From contig OY781089.1 of the NCBI GenBank assembly GCA_963676565.1, positions 512,001 through 576,000 on the forward strand: a DNA stretch of 64,000 nucleotides, read 5' to 3'. Numbering within the stretch: position 1 is the stretch's first letter; every line of letters starts with the position of its first letter. Of this stretch, positions 39,588 through 49,621 are shown piece after piece. Made by a program: the position numbers and the translations under genes. Below the pieces are notes generated by a model, which had not been told where the DNA came from, did no database searches, and worked only from the letters and a program-made list of their open reading frames with translations. The DNA comes from Halarcobacter sp. (lineage in GTDB: Bacteria > Campylobacterota > Campylobacteria > Campylobacterales > Arcobacteraceae).

Positions 39588-41996
39588 TTATGCTCCAATA
39601 ATCACTGGTGGTTGATAAGCCATATTTGGTTTAACAGCACCTGCTTTTTTTATCGACACTAAACAAGTATTTGCAGTTGTTGCTTGTGCCATAGATGAAG
39701 TTGGTCTAGATGAAGTTAAAAGATTTGCTTGACCAGAATTACATCTAGAACCTTTTTTATTTGGATCTTCAGGTGAATACCAAGCTCCCTCTTCAATTGC
39801 AACAACACCATCTCTAATTGTATTTGTAATAACAACACCAGCAAGTAAAGAACCTCTATCATTAAACACTTCAACAATTTCACCATCTTTTACACCAAAC
39901 TTTTTAGCATCATTTGGAGATATTCTAATTGGTTCTCTACCTTGAACTTTATGAACACTTTGTACCCATGTATTATCTAATTGAGAGTGAACTCTATATG
40001 TTGGGTGTGGAGAAACTAAGTGTAATGGATATTTACTTACTAATTTTTTGTTTCCTAACCATTCAGCAGGTTCCATCCAAAATGGGTGTCCTTTAAAATC
40101 ATCATGTCCAAAGCTTGCAAATTTTTCAGAGTAAATTTGAATTTTTCCTGTTTCAGTTTTTAGTTTATTGTTAACTGGATCTTTTCTAAAAGCTTCATGT
40201 CTAACATATTTTCTTGCACTATCAGGGATATCATATTTTACTACACCTTCTTTCCAAAAATCTTCAAATGAAATTTTCATATCTTTTGCAGCATATGATC
40301 TCTTGTATAGCCTTTCAATCCACTCTAAAGCAGTTCTTCCTCTAGTAAATTTTTTCTCTTTTCCAAATCTAGCTGAAAGTTGAGCAAAAATAACATAATC
40401 ATCTCTTGATTCATACATAGGTTCAACCACTTTTTTCATAGCAAAAATTCTATCTTGTGAATAAGACATACCTGAAGTAATATCATCTCTCTCTAAAGTT
40501 GTAGTTGCTGGTAAAACAATATCTGACATTTTTGCTGTTGGAGTCCACCAAGGATCTACCGTAACAATAGTGTCAAGAGTTTTCATAGCTTCAACTAACT
40601 CATTTACATTTGGTTGATGCCCAATTGGAGATGAACCTGTGCAAAGCATAAACTCAACTTTTGGGTAAGTAATCTCTTTACCTTTATATGTAACTTTTTT
40701 ACCTGGATTATTAATTAAATCACTCATTCTAGATGCAGGTATATTTAAATTAACTTTATTCCCTCCACCTTGACTCATACCACCAACTGTTGCTTTTCCA
40801 GAAGAAGCATCACCACCACCTGCATAATGCATAGAAAATCCAAAACCTCCTCCAGGAAGTCCAATTTGTCCAATCATAGAAGCTAAAGTGATTAAAGTCC
40901 AATCAACTTGTTCACCATGATGTGCCCTTTGCATAGCCCAGTTACCTGCAATAAAAGTTCTATTTGAAACCATAATTTCCGCTAATTCTTTAATTTTTGA
41001 AGCTGAAACTTCTGAAAGTTTTGATGCCCACTCAACAGTTTTATCAATGCCATCACTTTTTCCAAGTAGATATGGCAAAAACTTATCAAAACCATAAGTG
41101 TATTTTTTGATAAACTTATCATCATATTTTTTTGATTTGTACAAATGATTCATCATACCCAGCATTAAAGCAACATCAGAACCGGGTCTAACTTTTACCC
41201 AATCGGCATTAAACTCTTGAGCAGATTTAGTATAAATTGGATCAATTGAGATAAATTTGATACCAGCTTTTTTATACTCTTCATAGGCATCTATATTTCT
41301 ATGATTTGGTACAGCCCAACCAATTCTATTTGTTTTATAAATATCAGCTCCCCATAAAACCATAACTTTTGTATTTGATATAATTTGCTCATGGGCAGTT
41401 TGAATTGAATAAACTTCCATGTCTCCAACAATAGCTACATTTGTAGGACCAGCTGCTCCATTTGAATACTCACCTGCAGTTCCAACTGCTCCACCAATTT
41501 GATTAAAGAATCTTCCTGCCATTGCATTTGGTTTAAATGCACCGGGGTGAGCCCATCCTGAATATGCAGAGTTATAAAGTGCCTGATTCCCACCACTTTT
41601 TTGAGCTTTCTTGATAGCTTTTGCAGTTAAATCTAAAGCCTCTTCCCAAGATACTCTAACAAACTCATCTTGCCCTCTTAAATCACCTCTTCCTTTTCCT
41701 TCAAGATATGATTTTCTTACAACAGGATATTTAACCCTTGAATTAGTCATAACTCTATCAGCTAATCCTTTTACCATTACCGTAGGATTTGCATCTGAAT
41801 CTAATTGTGCAGTTATATCAACAATTTTTCCATCTCTAACATGGGCATGGAATGGACCAAAGTGAGAAGCATGTGGAATTTTTTCCGTTCTATTAGCAAA
41901 TTCTTTTGCAACAATACCATTTAAACTACCACTTGCTGCAATTACCGCAGATCCAAGTGCTCCTTTTTTAAGAAAGTCTCTTCTTGAAGTTTTCAT
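39588..41996 (-). CDS. torA: Periplasmic Mo-bisPGD S/N-oxide reductase (TMAO/DMSO reductase, TorA/BisC family)
   Basis: Tat motif SRRDFLK, HASHFGPF, GEYSNGAA (Ser ligand), MQRAHHGEQ, PHPTYRVHSQ. Confidence 0.88.
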   Translation of the reverse strand: MKTSRRDFLKKGALGSAVIAASGSLNGIVAKEFANRTEKIPHASHFGPFHAHVRDGKIVDITAQLDSDANPTVMVKGLADRVMTNSRVKYPVVRKSYLEGKGRGDLRGQDEFVRVSWEEALDLTAKAIKKAQKSGGNQALYNSAYSGWAHPGAFKPNAMAGRFFNQIGGAVGTAGEYSNGAAGPTNVAIVGDMEVYSIQTAHEQIISNTKVMVLWGADIYKTNRIGWAVPNHRNIDAYEEYKKAGIKFISIDPIYTKSAQEFNADWVKVRPGSDVALMLGMMNHLYKSKKYDDKFIKKYTYGFDKFLPYLLGKSDGIDKTVEWASKLSEVSASKIKELAEIMVSNRTFIAGNWAMQRAHHGEQVDWTLITLASMIGQIGLPGGGFGFSMHYAGGGDASSGKATVGGMSQGGGNKVNLNIPASRMSDLINNPGKKVTYKGKEITYPKVEFMLCTGSSPIGHQPNVNELVEAMKTLDTIVTVDPWWTPTAKMSDIVLPATTTLERDDITSGMSYSQDRIFAMKKVVEPMYESRDDYVIFAQLSARFGKEKKFTRGRTALEWIERLYKRSYAAKDMKISFEDFWKEGVVKYDIPDSARKYVRHEAFRKDPVNNKLKTETGKIQIYSEKFASFGHDDFKGHPFWMEPAEWLGNKKLVSKYPLHLVSPHPTYRVHSQLDNTWVQSVHKVQGREPIRISPNDAKKFGVKDGEIVEVFNDRGSLLAGVVITNTIRDGVVAIEEGAWYSPEDPNKKGSRCNSGQANLLTSSRPTSSMAQATTANTCLVSIKKAGAVKPNMAYQPPVIIGA

Positions 41997-42041
41997 TTTC
42001 TAATCCTTTTTTGAACTTATATTGAAACTTTAACAAGAAAA

Positions 42042-42080
42042 AATCGAAAAAAAATCGAATCATATTATATTTTTAATCGA
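42042..42080. promoter_or_regulatory. Three helically phased AATCGA repeats in the divergent torA/porin promoter
   Basis: AATCGA at 42042, 42053 and 42075 (spacings 11 and 22 bp). Confidence 0.55.
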
Positions 42081-42134
42081 TTATTTTCCCATTTATTTTA
42101 TTTATCATTTCAAAATTTTAAATAAGGAGAAAAA

Positions 42135-43292
42135 ATGAAAAGATTAAATTTAGGTTTATCTTTTGTTGCAGCATTATCAATTTATAGTACTGCAAACGCT
42201 CAAAGTTTGGCTGATGCTTTGACAAATGGAAAAATAAGTGGTGAAGTTACAACTACTTATGAAAATAGAGATTTTGATATAGATTCTGGGACTTACTACA
42301 GAAGCAGCGCTTATTCTGTTGGCTCATTTGCATTAAAATATGAAACAAATATTTGGAATGATTTTGCATTAACTTCAAAATTTAGAGCTTATGCAACTCT
42401 ATTTGAAGATGATGATAATTCAAATACAGGAACTGGAAATGGAGATGCATCTGGAAGATTTTATGAAACTGGAACTAATAAAAATATTGATATTGAAGAA
42501 CTGTTTTTATCATATGAACCAAATGATAATTTTTCAATAAAAGCCGGTAGACAATTTATCTCATCATATTGGATAAATAAGACAAATGATGCAATTAAAA
42601 TTGATGCAAATATTGAAAATACTTCACTAGAAGCAATTTGGACACTAAGAAATGGTAGAGTTTATGGAAGGGATTATAGACCTGTAAGCAAAGTAAATAG
42701 TGATGATGGAGTTTTTCAAATAGCTTTAAATCATAAGTTTAATAATATATTTAGCCTTAGTGCCTATGATAGAATTGAACCAAATGTAAGAGATATTATG
42801 GGAGCAAAAGCTGATGCTAAATTAGGTGATTTTTCTTTTGGAATTCACTATGCTTCAAGTAAAGAGGATGATTCAACAATAAAAGATTCTAACTTAATTC
42901 ATTTAACTGCAAGCACTACAATATTAGGATTTACTCCATATGCTGGTTTTATTAAAGTAGATGAAGAGGCAGCTTTCCCAGGTTGGACAAGTAGTGGCGA
43001 GACAATTGATCCGATGGAAGAAGGGGATTATATATATGAAAAAGATGCTCAAACTTTATATTTAGGTGTTAATAAATCATTTGGAGAATTAAGTTCTACA
43101 TTATTATATGGACAAACTGACTATTTATCTGGAATTGATAAAAGAAAAGTAAAAGAAACAACATTATGGCTTGCTTATCCAATAACAAAAAAATTAAATG
43201 CAAACCTTGGTTTAACTAATGTAAATGAAGATGAAAATTCAACTGCTAGCAATTTAAATCAAATTAACTTTACATTATCATACTCTTTTTAA
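42135..43292 (+). CDS. Outer-membrane porin (OprD/Campylobacterota MOMP-like)
   Basis: Signal peptide, SLADALTNGKISG, IKAGRQ, C-terminal LSYSF beta-signal. Confidence 0.82.
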   Translation: MKRLNLGLSFVAALSIYSTANAQSLADALTNGKISGEVTTTYENRDFDIDSGTYYRSSAYSVGSFALKYETNIWNDFALTSKFRAYATLFEDDDNSNTGTGNGDASGRFYETGTNKNIDIEELFLSYEPNDNFSIKAGRQFISSYWINKTNDAIKIDANIENTSLEAIWTLRNGRVYGRDYRPVSKVNSDDGVFQIALNHKFNNIFSLSAYDRIEPNVRDIMGAKADAKLGDFSFGIHYASSKEDDSTIKDSNLIHLTASTTILGFTPYAGFIKVDEEAAFPGWTSSGETIDPMEEGDYIYEKDAQTLYLGVNKSFGELSSTLLYGQTDYLSGIDKRKVKETTLWLAYPITKKLNANLGLTNVNEDENSTASNLNQINFTLSYSF

Positions 43293-43294
43293 AT

Positions 43295-43321
43295 AAAAAA
43301 GCCCCTCTAAGAAAGGGGCTT
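43295..43321 (-). terminator. Intrinsic terminator with its T-tract on the - strand (may be bidirectional)
   Basis: AAAA-AAGCCCCT-CTAAGAA-AGGGGCTT. Confidence 0.75.
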
Positions 43322-43554
43322 AATGATTTAATTTTAATTATTTAATTTTTTTAATTTTAGATCTTTCGATCAACAAAAATTTATATACTAATATTATTAG
43401 CAATAAATTAACCTATAAACTAACTAATGTCCTATGTAACTATTTTAATTAACAGTTAAGGAGGGAGAGAGTCAATTTTATAACTACATATTCCATTAGA
43501 AAATTTATTGTAGTAAATAAAAATCGCAAAAAAATCTATTTAAAAAAAATTTAT

Positions 43555-44625
43555 TTATTCTCCATAAGTTAATCCCATAATTTCACCTGTTTTATAAACT
43601 TCATCATCCCTTGTTACTGGTTTTAATTTTGGTGCCATATATTCTAAAGGAGTTGCTTGAAGTTTATTATTTACAATTGAAACTGTATTTCCATATCTTT
43701 CTGATTTTATAAGTTGCGCTGCATAAACACCAAATTTTGTTGCTAAAATTCTATCATAAGCAGAAGGTGCACCACCTCTTTGTTGGTGTCCTGGGACTGT
43801 AACTCTAGTTTCAAAACCAAGTTGATTAAGTTGTGCTGCTAATCTATATGATACTGTTTCATATGGCATTGAAGCACGATATTTTTTAAACTCTTTTCTA
43901 GTCATTAAAGACTCATCTTTACTAATTGCACCCTCTGCTACAACAATAATTGAGAAGTTTTTACCTTTTTGTCTTCTATTATTAAGTGCTTCTTGAACTT
44001 TCTCAAGGGTATATGGAATCTCTGGAATTAAAACAACATCTGCTCCACCAGCAAGTCCTGCATATAAAGTAAGCCATCCAGCTTTATTTCCCATAAGTTC
44101 AATAATCATAACTCTATCATGAGAATCTGCTGTAGTATGAATTCTATCAATAACTTCTGTTGCAATATCAACAGCACTATGGAAACCAAAAGTTACATCA
44201 GTCCCATAAATATCATTGTCAATTGTTTTAGGTAAACCTATAACATTTAAGCCCTCTTCCCTTAAAAGATTTGCATTTTTGTGGGTACCATTTCCACCTA
44301 AGGTAACTAAACAATCTAACTTTAACTTTTCATAGTTTTTTATCATGTTTGCAACTTTATCAACACCATCATCTTCAATTCTTTTCATATATTTAAAGGG
44401 GGTTCTTTGAGTTCCAAGCATAGTTCCACCCCTAGTTAAGATACCAGAAAAATCACTTGGTAATAGCTCTTTGTATTTATAATCTATTAATCCTTGATAG
44501 CCATTGTAAATCCCCACAAATTCACAATCAAAAAGTTCATATGAAGCTTTTGCTACACCTCTAATTGCGGCATTAAGTCCTGGACAATCTCCACCACTTG
44601 TTAATATTCCAATTCTTTTCTTCAT
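43555..44625 (-). CDS. pfkA: 6-phosphofructokinase (PfkA family, group III type)
   Basis: TSGGDCPGLNA, GGNGT, PKTIDND, ELMG, GHQQRGG.P.AYDR. Confidence 0.92.
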   Translation of the reverse strand: MKKRIGILTSGGDCPGLNAAIRGVAKASYELFDCEFVGIYNGYQGLIDYKYKELLPSDFSGILTRGGTMLGTQRTPFKYMKRIEDDGVDKVANMIKNYEKLKLDCLVTLGGNGTHKNANLLREEGLNVIGLPKTIDNDIYGTDVTFGFHSAVDIATEVIDRIHTTADSHDRVMIIELMGNKAGWLTLYAGLAGGADVVLIPEIPYTLEKVQEALNNRRQKGKNFSIIVVAEGAISKDESLMTRKEFKKYRASMPYETVSYRLAAQLNQLGFETRVTVPGHQQRGGAPSAYDRILATKFGVYAAQLIKSERYGNTVSIVNNKLQATPLEYMAPKLKPVTRDDEVYKTGEIMGLTYGE

Positions 44626-44724
44626 AGATTACCTTCATTTATGACTAGTGTCACATATAAATTATATTTTTAAAACAATTATACTCTTTATTAAATAATA
44701 TTCATTATTTATTATGTAAAAAAA

Positions 44725-45168
44725 CTATTTTATTGCTATATATATTTCAATGAAATCTTCTTTTGAATATTTTTCAAAATCAATTGTATATGCTCTTTCA
44801 TATTCGCTCTCTTTTTCAAAATATTCCCAAACATCTTTCCAACAATCAATAACAACCTCAGGTAATTCACCCTCTTTTGAGAAAACTAGATATTTCTGAT
44901 CTTTAATTACAATTGCATTTTTTGGTTTTGTTACTTCAACTGCAACGGTAACTGTATAATCTCCATTTACGTCAGATTCATAATCTGAATAAACTCCATA
45001 CATTGAAGATTTATTTGCTTTATTAAAAGTTTTGCCTAAAATATTTTTATCCTGATAATCATCCCAAAGTTTAGCTATTTTAGATTTCGCTGGATTCATT
45101 TCATCATTATTATTAGTTCTAACACCAAGGCCTGCAACCATTAATTTTTCTACATATTTAATTTTCAT
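44725..45168 (-). CDS. GyrI-like effector-binding protein
   Basis: GVRTNN, YGVYSDYESD..GDY, RAYTIDFEKY. Confidence 0.85.
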   Translation of the reverse strand: MKIKYVEKLMVAGLGVRTNNNDEMNPAKSKIAKLWDDYQDKNILGKTFNKANKSSMYGVYSDYESDVNGDYTVTVAVEVTKPKNAIVIKDQKYLVFSKEGELPEVVIDCWKDVWEYFEKESEYERAYTIDFEKYSKEDFIEIYIAIK

Positions 45169-45175
45169 TTTTTTC

Positions 45176-45856
45176 CTATTTATTTAATTTGTACCCTGCC
45201 CCATAAATATTTTCAATGGAGTCTTTTGGGATTTTTTTTCTAAGACGCTTTATTAAATCTTTTAATTTTGTGGCACTTGTTTCACAATCTTCAAATTGAT
45301 TCCAAAGATAATCATAAATTTCATCAGAACTAAATACTCTATCTTTTTTTGATGTTAAAAGTTCAAGAAACAAGGTTTCATGTTTTGTAAGTTTAATCTC
45401 TTCATCATTGAAAATCAATTTTTTAGAATCTCTATTAAAAACATATCCATCTTTTAAAAAGAAATTTGAAGATTCGTCATTTAACTCTTTATATTGAATA
45501 ACTGCTTCATTTAATGCCTCTTTTAATTTAATTCTAGAGATTGGTTTTGGAAGATATTTTGTTAAATTTAACTCCGCTGCAAAAAGTAATTTATCTTGTT
45601 CTAAATGGGCAGTTAAAATTATTATTCTTGTTTTCTTATCATTTTGTCTAATTTTTTTAGTTAATTCAAGACCATTTATAAAAGGCATATTAATATCCAA
45701 AAGCATAATGTTTGGTTTAAATTCTTCATAATACTCTAAGGCTTCTTCCCCATTTTGAGCGATATAAACCTCTTTGAAATTTCTTTTTAAATAGTTTCCA
45801 TAGTTTTTTCTTGTTTCTATTTCATCTTCAGCATAAAGAATTGTTAAATTATTCAT
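45176..45856 (-). CDS. OmpR-family response regulator
   Basis: YAEDE, LDINMP, LTAH, YLPKP, NIYGAGY. Confidence 0.9.
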   Translation of the reverse strand: MNNLTILYAEDEIETRKNYGNYLKRNFKEVYIAQNGEEALEYYEEFKPNIMLLDINMPFINGLELTKKIRQNDKKTRIIILTAHLEQDKLLFAAELNLTKYLPKPISRIKLKEALNEAVIQYKELNDESSNFFLKDGYVFNRDSKKLIFNDEEIKLTKHETLFLELLTSKKDRVFSSDEIYDYLWNQFEDCETSATKLKDLIKRLRKKIPKDSIENIYGAGYKLNK

Positions 45857-46706
45857 TATCTTTCCTTGCTAACAAAATTGAAAACTTAGCACCTTTTTTT
45901 TCATTTCTTACATCCAATTTACCATGCATCGATTTTTCAACTATCATTTTTGCCATGCAAAGACCATGACCTGTTCCTTGTGAATGGGGTTTAGTTGTAA
46001 AATATGGATCAAAAATCTTGTGAAAAAACTCCTTGGGTATCCCTCCACCATTATCACTTATTTCTAAAACTGCCTTTGAATCTTTTGTTTTAATCAGTAT
46101 GTTTATTTTAGGAGATTTTATTTGATTATCTACTAATACATCTTTTGCATTATTTAAAATCACTAAAAGTGCTTGAACAAACTCTTTTTTCACTCCAAAA
46201 ACTTTTGAGTCTTCTACAATTTCAAATTTACACTCTATTTGTTTTGATTCTAAAAGTTTATAAACTAAAGCAAAGGCATTATCAAAGGCATCTTTCATTG
46301 AAAAAATTTCTTTATCTTCATTTGGTTGAAGATAGTTATTAAAACTTTCAATTGTATCACTCATATAAAAAGTTAATTTTTCAATCTCATTTAGATGCTC
46401 TTCCAGTTTTTTAGCATCTAATTTCTTCTCTTCAAAGTCTGCTTCTATATTAAGTACCACAGAATTTATTTGAGATAATGGTTGTTTCCACTGATGAGCA
46501 ATATGAGCTAAGGTTTCACCAACTGCAGCAAGTTTAGATTGGGCAACTAAAAGTTTATCCTTTTCCCTTAACTCCTGAAGTTGTTTATTAACCTCTTTTT
46601 CAAGTTTTTGATTATAATTTAATTTTGAAACTGCATAAACTAAAACAAAAACAAATAGTAAAAAAAATAAAATATACTGTTCATTGTTTGTTAATAGTTC
46701 TAGCAT
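45849..46706 (-). CDS. Minimal histidine kinase (single TM, no sensor domain)
   Basis: One N-terminal TM, IAHQWKQPL, DNGGGIP, FDPYFTTK, GTGHGL. Confidence 0.88.
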   Translation of the reverse strand: MLELLTNNEQYILFFLLFVFVLVYAVSKLNYNQKLEKEVNKQLQELREKDKLLVAQSKLAAVGETLAHIAHQWKQPLSQINSVVLNIEADFEEKKLDAKKLEEHLNEIEKLTFYMSDTIESFNNYLQPNEDKEIFSMKDAFDNAFALVYKLLESKQIECKFEIVEDSKVFGVKKEFVQALLVILNNAKDVLVDNQIKSPKINILIKTKDSKAVLEISDNGGGIPKEFFHKIFDPYFTTKPHSQGTGHGLCMAKMIVEKSMHGKLDVRNEKKGAKFSILLARKDNE

Positions 46707-46707
46707 C

Positions 46708-47286
46708 TTATTTATTTGTTAAAGTTTTTAGTGCCTCAACAATTGTTTGAGACTCTAAAGTTTTAATTTTTTCCTCTAAAGAGTTTACTGTCTCATTCTC
46801 ATCAAGTTTTATACTTTTTTGTAAAATAAATTTTCCCTCATCATAATTCTCATTTACAAAATGAATAGTACAACCTGATTCTTTTTCTTTTGCACTGATA
46901 ACCGCCTCATGAACAAAGGTACCATACATCCCTTTACCCCCAAATTTTGGCAAAAGTGCTGGATGTGAGTTTATAATTTTATTTTCAAATGTGGTTACTA
47001 AATTTTTCTCAATTTTTTTCATGTAGCCAGATAAAAATATATAGTCTACTTTAAACTCTTTCATTAGATTTGTTATTTTTACGTCTAAGTTTTCTGTAGG
47101 AAATCTGTTAGCATTTATTATAAAATTTGGCACATCTTTTTTACAAGCTTTTTCTATAACCTTTGCATTTGAGTTATTTGATATTACTAATACTACTTGC
47201 GCATCTAAGATTTTTTCTTCACAAGCTTTTTGTATAGTATCAAAACCGCTTCCATTATGAGATGATAATATCCCAATTCTTTTCAT
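46708..47286 (-). CDS. purN: Phosphoribosylglycinamide formyltransferase
   Basis: LVISNN, LSGYMK, INSHPALLPKFGGKGMYG, SGCTIHFV...YDEG. Confidence 0.9.
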   Translation of the reverse strand: MKRIGILSSHNGSGFDTIQKACEEKILDAQVVLVISNNSNAKVIEKACKKDVPNFIINANRFPTENLDVKITNLMKEFKVDYIFLSGYMKKIEKNLVTTFENKIINSHPALLPKFGGKGMYGTFVHEAVISAKEKESGCTIHFVNENYDEGKFILQKSIKLDENETVNSLEEKIKTLESQTIVEALKTLTNK

Positions 47287-47379
47287 TGCATATCCTAAGT
47301 TTGTTTCTTTGTTTGGTCGAATTATAATAGAATTTAAATAAATTTCAAAAGATAATTTAATTAAGTTAATATTCTACTT

Positions 47380-48612
47380 TTATGGAATCCTTAAAACAGC
47401 AGCATTACATAAATCATCACTTTCAAATTTTGTGATATCTCCTGCTTTTAAATTAGGTACTGGAAAAACTCTAACTGTTAATGGTTTATTTAATTTAAAA
47501 GCCATCATTCCAGTATCTCTACAAATATCTGCTATTTTTTCAATTGAAGAATCACCCTCAATAGGAACTGTATCAAGTCCAATTCCACAAACAGATGAAT
47601 AAGTTAGAAGTGATCTTATATCAAATTGATTTTTCTTTGTAGCCTCGGCTAAACCTTCATCTTCAATAACTGCTAACATCAAACCAGAAAAGCCTATTAA
47701 TTCACACCCTTGTATTGATTTAAATACTTTAGTTAACATAGCTGATGCCTCTATACATCCTGCTGCACCAAAATATTCAACTCCTAAAAGTTTATAAACA
47801 TCAACCATAGAACTACAATTTTTAGAAGGAGCAGCTGAACTATCTATTCCTATAAATTTAGTTTTATTTTCATGTTGACAATTTTGCACAATTTTTAAAG
47901 CATTATCCACATGGTATTGTAAAGAGTTTTTCATCACATCAAAGGCTTTTTCCCATTTTTTATTATGATCTTCATTTTCATCTAAAGTTTTTAAAGCTTC
48001 AACTAATAAATCAGGGGATTCAAAACCTATAGCAAAACAGTCTTCATCACTACTATTATGATAAGAAGCTGGAAAATAAGGAATATGTGATTTACAGTTA
48101 TAGTTTATAGTAAAATTAAAATTCCCCTCGGCGTTTGTTGTTATTTCTGAAATCTCTTTTACTACTTTTGCACACTTTAAAGTTAAATTATTATCTGGGA
48201 ATCCTAGATTATCAGTTGGAACATTTACACAAATATTGCAAATATCTCCAAATGATTTAATCAATTGAGGAACCATTTCAATCTCTTTTTCACTTTTTGC
48301 TTCACCTATTGCAAACCTAATTCTTATATCTGGAAAAGAGTCACTATTAAGAAGTTTAGATAAATAATTCATATCTTCAATTGTAGTTTCTAAACTTGTT
48401 GTATTTAAATATTCTCCAAAGGCATTGGTTACAATTCTAACACTTTGAACCTCATATCCATTAGAAACAAAGTCATTTAATAACTCTTTACTAAATAAAG
48501 CTACTTTTTTTATAGTATCTTCCCATGTTTTTTTATCTTTTGACAAAGTTATAAACGAAGTTATGGTTCTTATTTTACATAAATCTTTATTTTTTAAATT
48601 TTCATTAATCAT
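47380..48612 (-). CDS. DUF711/UPF0210-family protein
   Basis: IRTIT, PYFPASY, GIDSSAAP, GFSGLMLAVIED, YSSVCGIGLDTVP. Confidence 0.82.
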   Translation of the reverse strand: MINENLKNKDLCKIRTITSFITLSKDKKTWEDTIKKVALFSKELLNDFVSNGYEVQSVRIVTNAFGEYLNTTSLETTIEDMNYLSKLLNSDSFPDIRIRFAIGEAKSEKEIEMVPQLIKSFGDICNICVNVPTDNLGFPDNNLTLKCAKVVKEISEITTNAEGNFNFTINYNCKSHIPYFPASYHNSSDEDCFAIGFESPDLLVEALKTLDENEDHNKKWEKAFDVMKNSLQYHVDNALKIVQNCQHENKTKFIGIDSSAAPSKNCSSMVDVYKLLGVEYFGAAGCIEASAMLTKVFKSIQGCELIGFSGLMLAVIEDEGLAEATKKNQFDIRSLLTYSSVCGIGLDTVPIEGDSSIEKIADICRDTGMMAFKLNKPLTVRVFPVPNLKAGDITKFESDDLCNAAVLRIP

Positions 48613-48614
48613 TT

Positions 48615-49085
48615 TTAACCTTTAATTCTTTGAGAGTGAGTAAGTGCTATTGCTATTGCATCTGTAATATCAAGTGGTTTTATCTCTTTTTTTATTCCAA
48701 GTAATCTTTTCACCATAAATGCAACCTGCTCTTTTTGTGCTTTTCCATTTCCTGTTACTGCTTGTTTTACCTGTAAAGGTGTATATTCTGCAAAATTTCC
48801 AAACTCTTGCAAAACTTTTAATGAAATTGCCCCTCTAAATTGGGCTAATTTTATTACTGTTTTTGGGTTAAAGGCATAAAACATATCTTCTATCGCAACT
48901 TCATCTAAATCATATTTTCTAAATATCATCTCTAAACCTTCACACATTTCAACAATTTGTTCTTGAAGGATTTTTGTTTTTATTTTCACAAGACCTGCTT
49001 CAAGTAATTTTATTTCTCTACCGTTTTTTTCAATTACTGCATATCCACAATTTCTTGTTCCAGGATCAATTCCTAAGATTTTCAC
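48615..49085 (-). CDS. ruvC: Holliday junction resolvase RuvC
   Basis: GTG start at 49085 gives [34 protein letters not shown]. Confidence 0.96.
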   Translation of the reverse strand: MKILGIDPGTRNCGYAVIEKNGREIKLLEAGLVKIKTKILQEQIVEMCEGLEMIFRKYDLDEVAIEDMFYAFNPKTVIKLAQFRGAISLKVLQEFGNFAEYTPLQVKQAVTGNGKAQKEQVAFMVKRLLGIKKEIKPLDITDAIAIALTHSQRIKG

Positions 49086-49185
49086 TTTTTTCACATTTTC
49101 CTTTTTTTTCATTTCACATATAAAATGTACTTAATAATGGTATTAATTCCATAAATTTTCACTTAAAGAGAAAAAGTTATTCACA
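49078..49185 (+). promoter_or_regulatory. Cluster of co-oriented DnaA boxes (candidate oriC1)
   Basis: ATTTTCACT 49078, TTTTTCACA 49087, CATTTCACA 49110, ATTTTCACT 49155, consensus TTATTCACA 49177-49185. Confidence 0.7.
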
Positions 49186-49376
49186 TAACAATAATATATA
49201 GAAAAAAATATATAAACAATAAAATTACATAGATAAATATAAGTAAATAATTATAAATCATATAATAAAATAAAAAAATAAATGATTTATAGATAATTTT
49301 TATTTTTATTTAAGTTAAGTAAGGCAATAATAATGTAAGTAATTTAATTACTTAATTTTTTTATAAGGAAAGCGGA

Positions 49377-49616
49377 ATGTTAGGATCTTTATTAGGTGGT
49401 TTATTAACTCCTGTGATCGGTTTAGTAGGTGGATTAATCTCAACTGTTGTTGATTTAGTTGGTGGATTAGTTGGTACAGTTGTAGGACTAGTTGGTGGTC
49501 TTTTAGGTGCTGTTACTGGTATCGTATCTGACGTAGTTGACTCTATTAGCATTGACGTTGATGCAGACGTAAATGTAGACGTTAACGGTGTTGACGATTG
49601 CGGAACTTGCTGCTAA
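49377..49616 (+). CDS. 79-aa Gly/Val/Leu-rich repeat peptide with acidic tail ending CGTCC; probable T1SS substrate
   Basis: SD AAGGA, biased codon use, own 3' hairpin, first gene of the T1SS cluster. Confidence 0.85.
   Translation: MLGSLLGGLLTPVIGLVGGLISTVVDLVGGLVGTVVGLVGGLLGAVTGIVSDVVDSISIDVDADVNVDVNGVDDCGTCC
49395..49526 (+). repeat. Four imperfect 33-bp (11-aa) tandem repeats
   Basis: GGLLTPVIGLV / GGLISTVVDLV / GGLVGTVVGLV / GGLLGAVTGIV. Confidence 0.9.
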
Positions 49617-49621
49617 TTATT

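Noticed and set aside
49361..49552. 63-aa Pro/Thr-rich ORF on the - strand opposite the repeat peptide
   Set aside because: It is the antisense shadow of GGT/GTT-rich codons; the SD, codon bias and hairpin all support the + strand gene.
49377..49616. Reading the peptide as a double-glycine-leader bacteriocin or RiPP precursor
   Set aside because: The GG pairs are part of the 11-mer repeat, the ABC transporter has no C39 peptidase domain, and no modification or immunity genes are adjacent. Not fully excluded.
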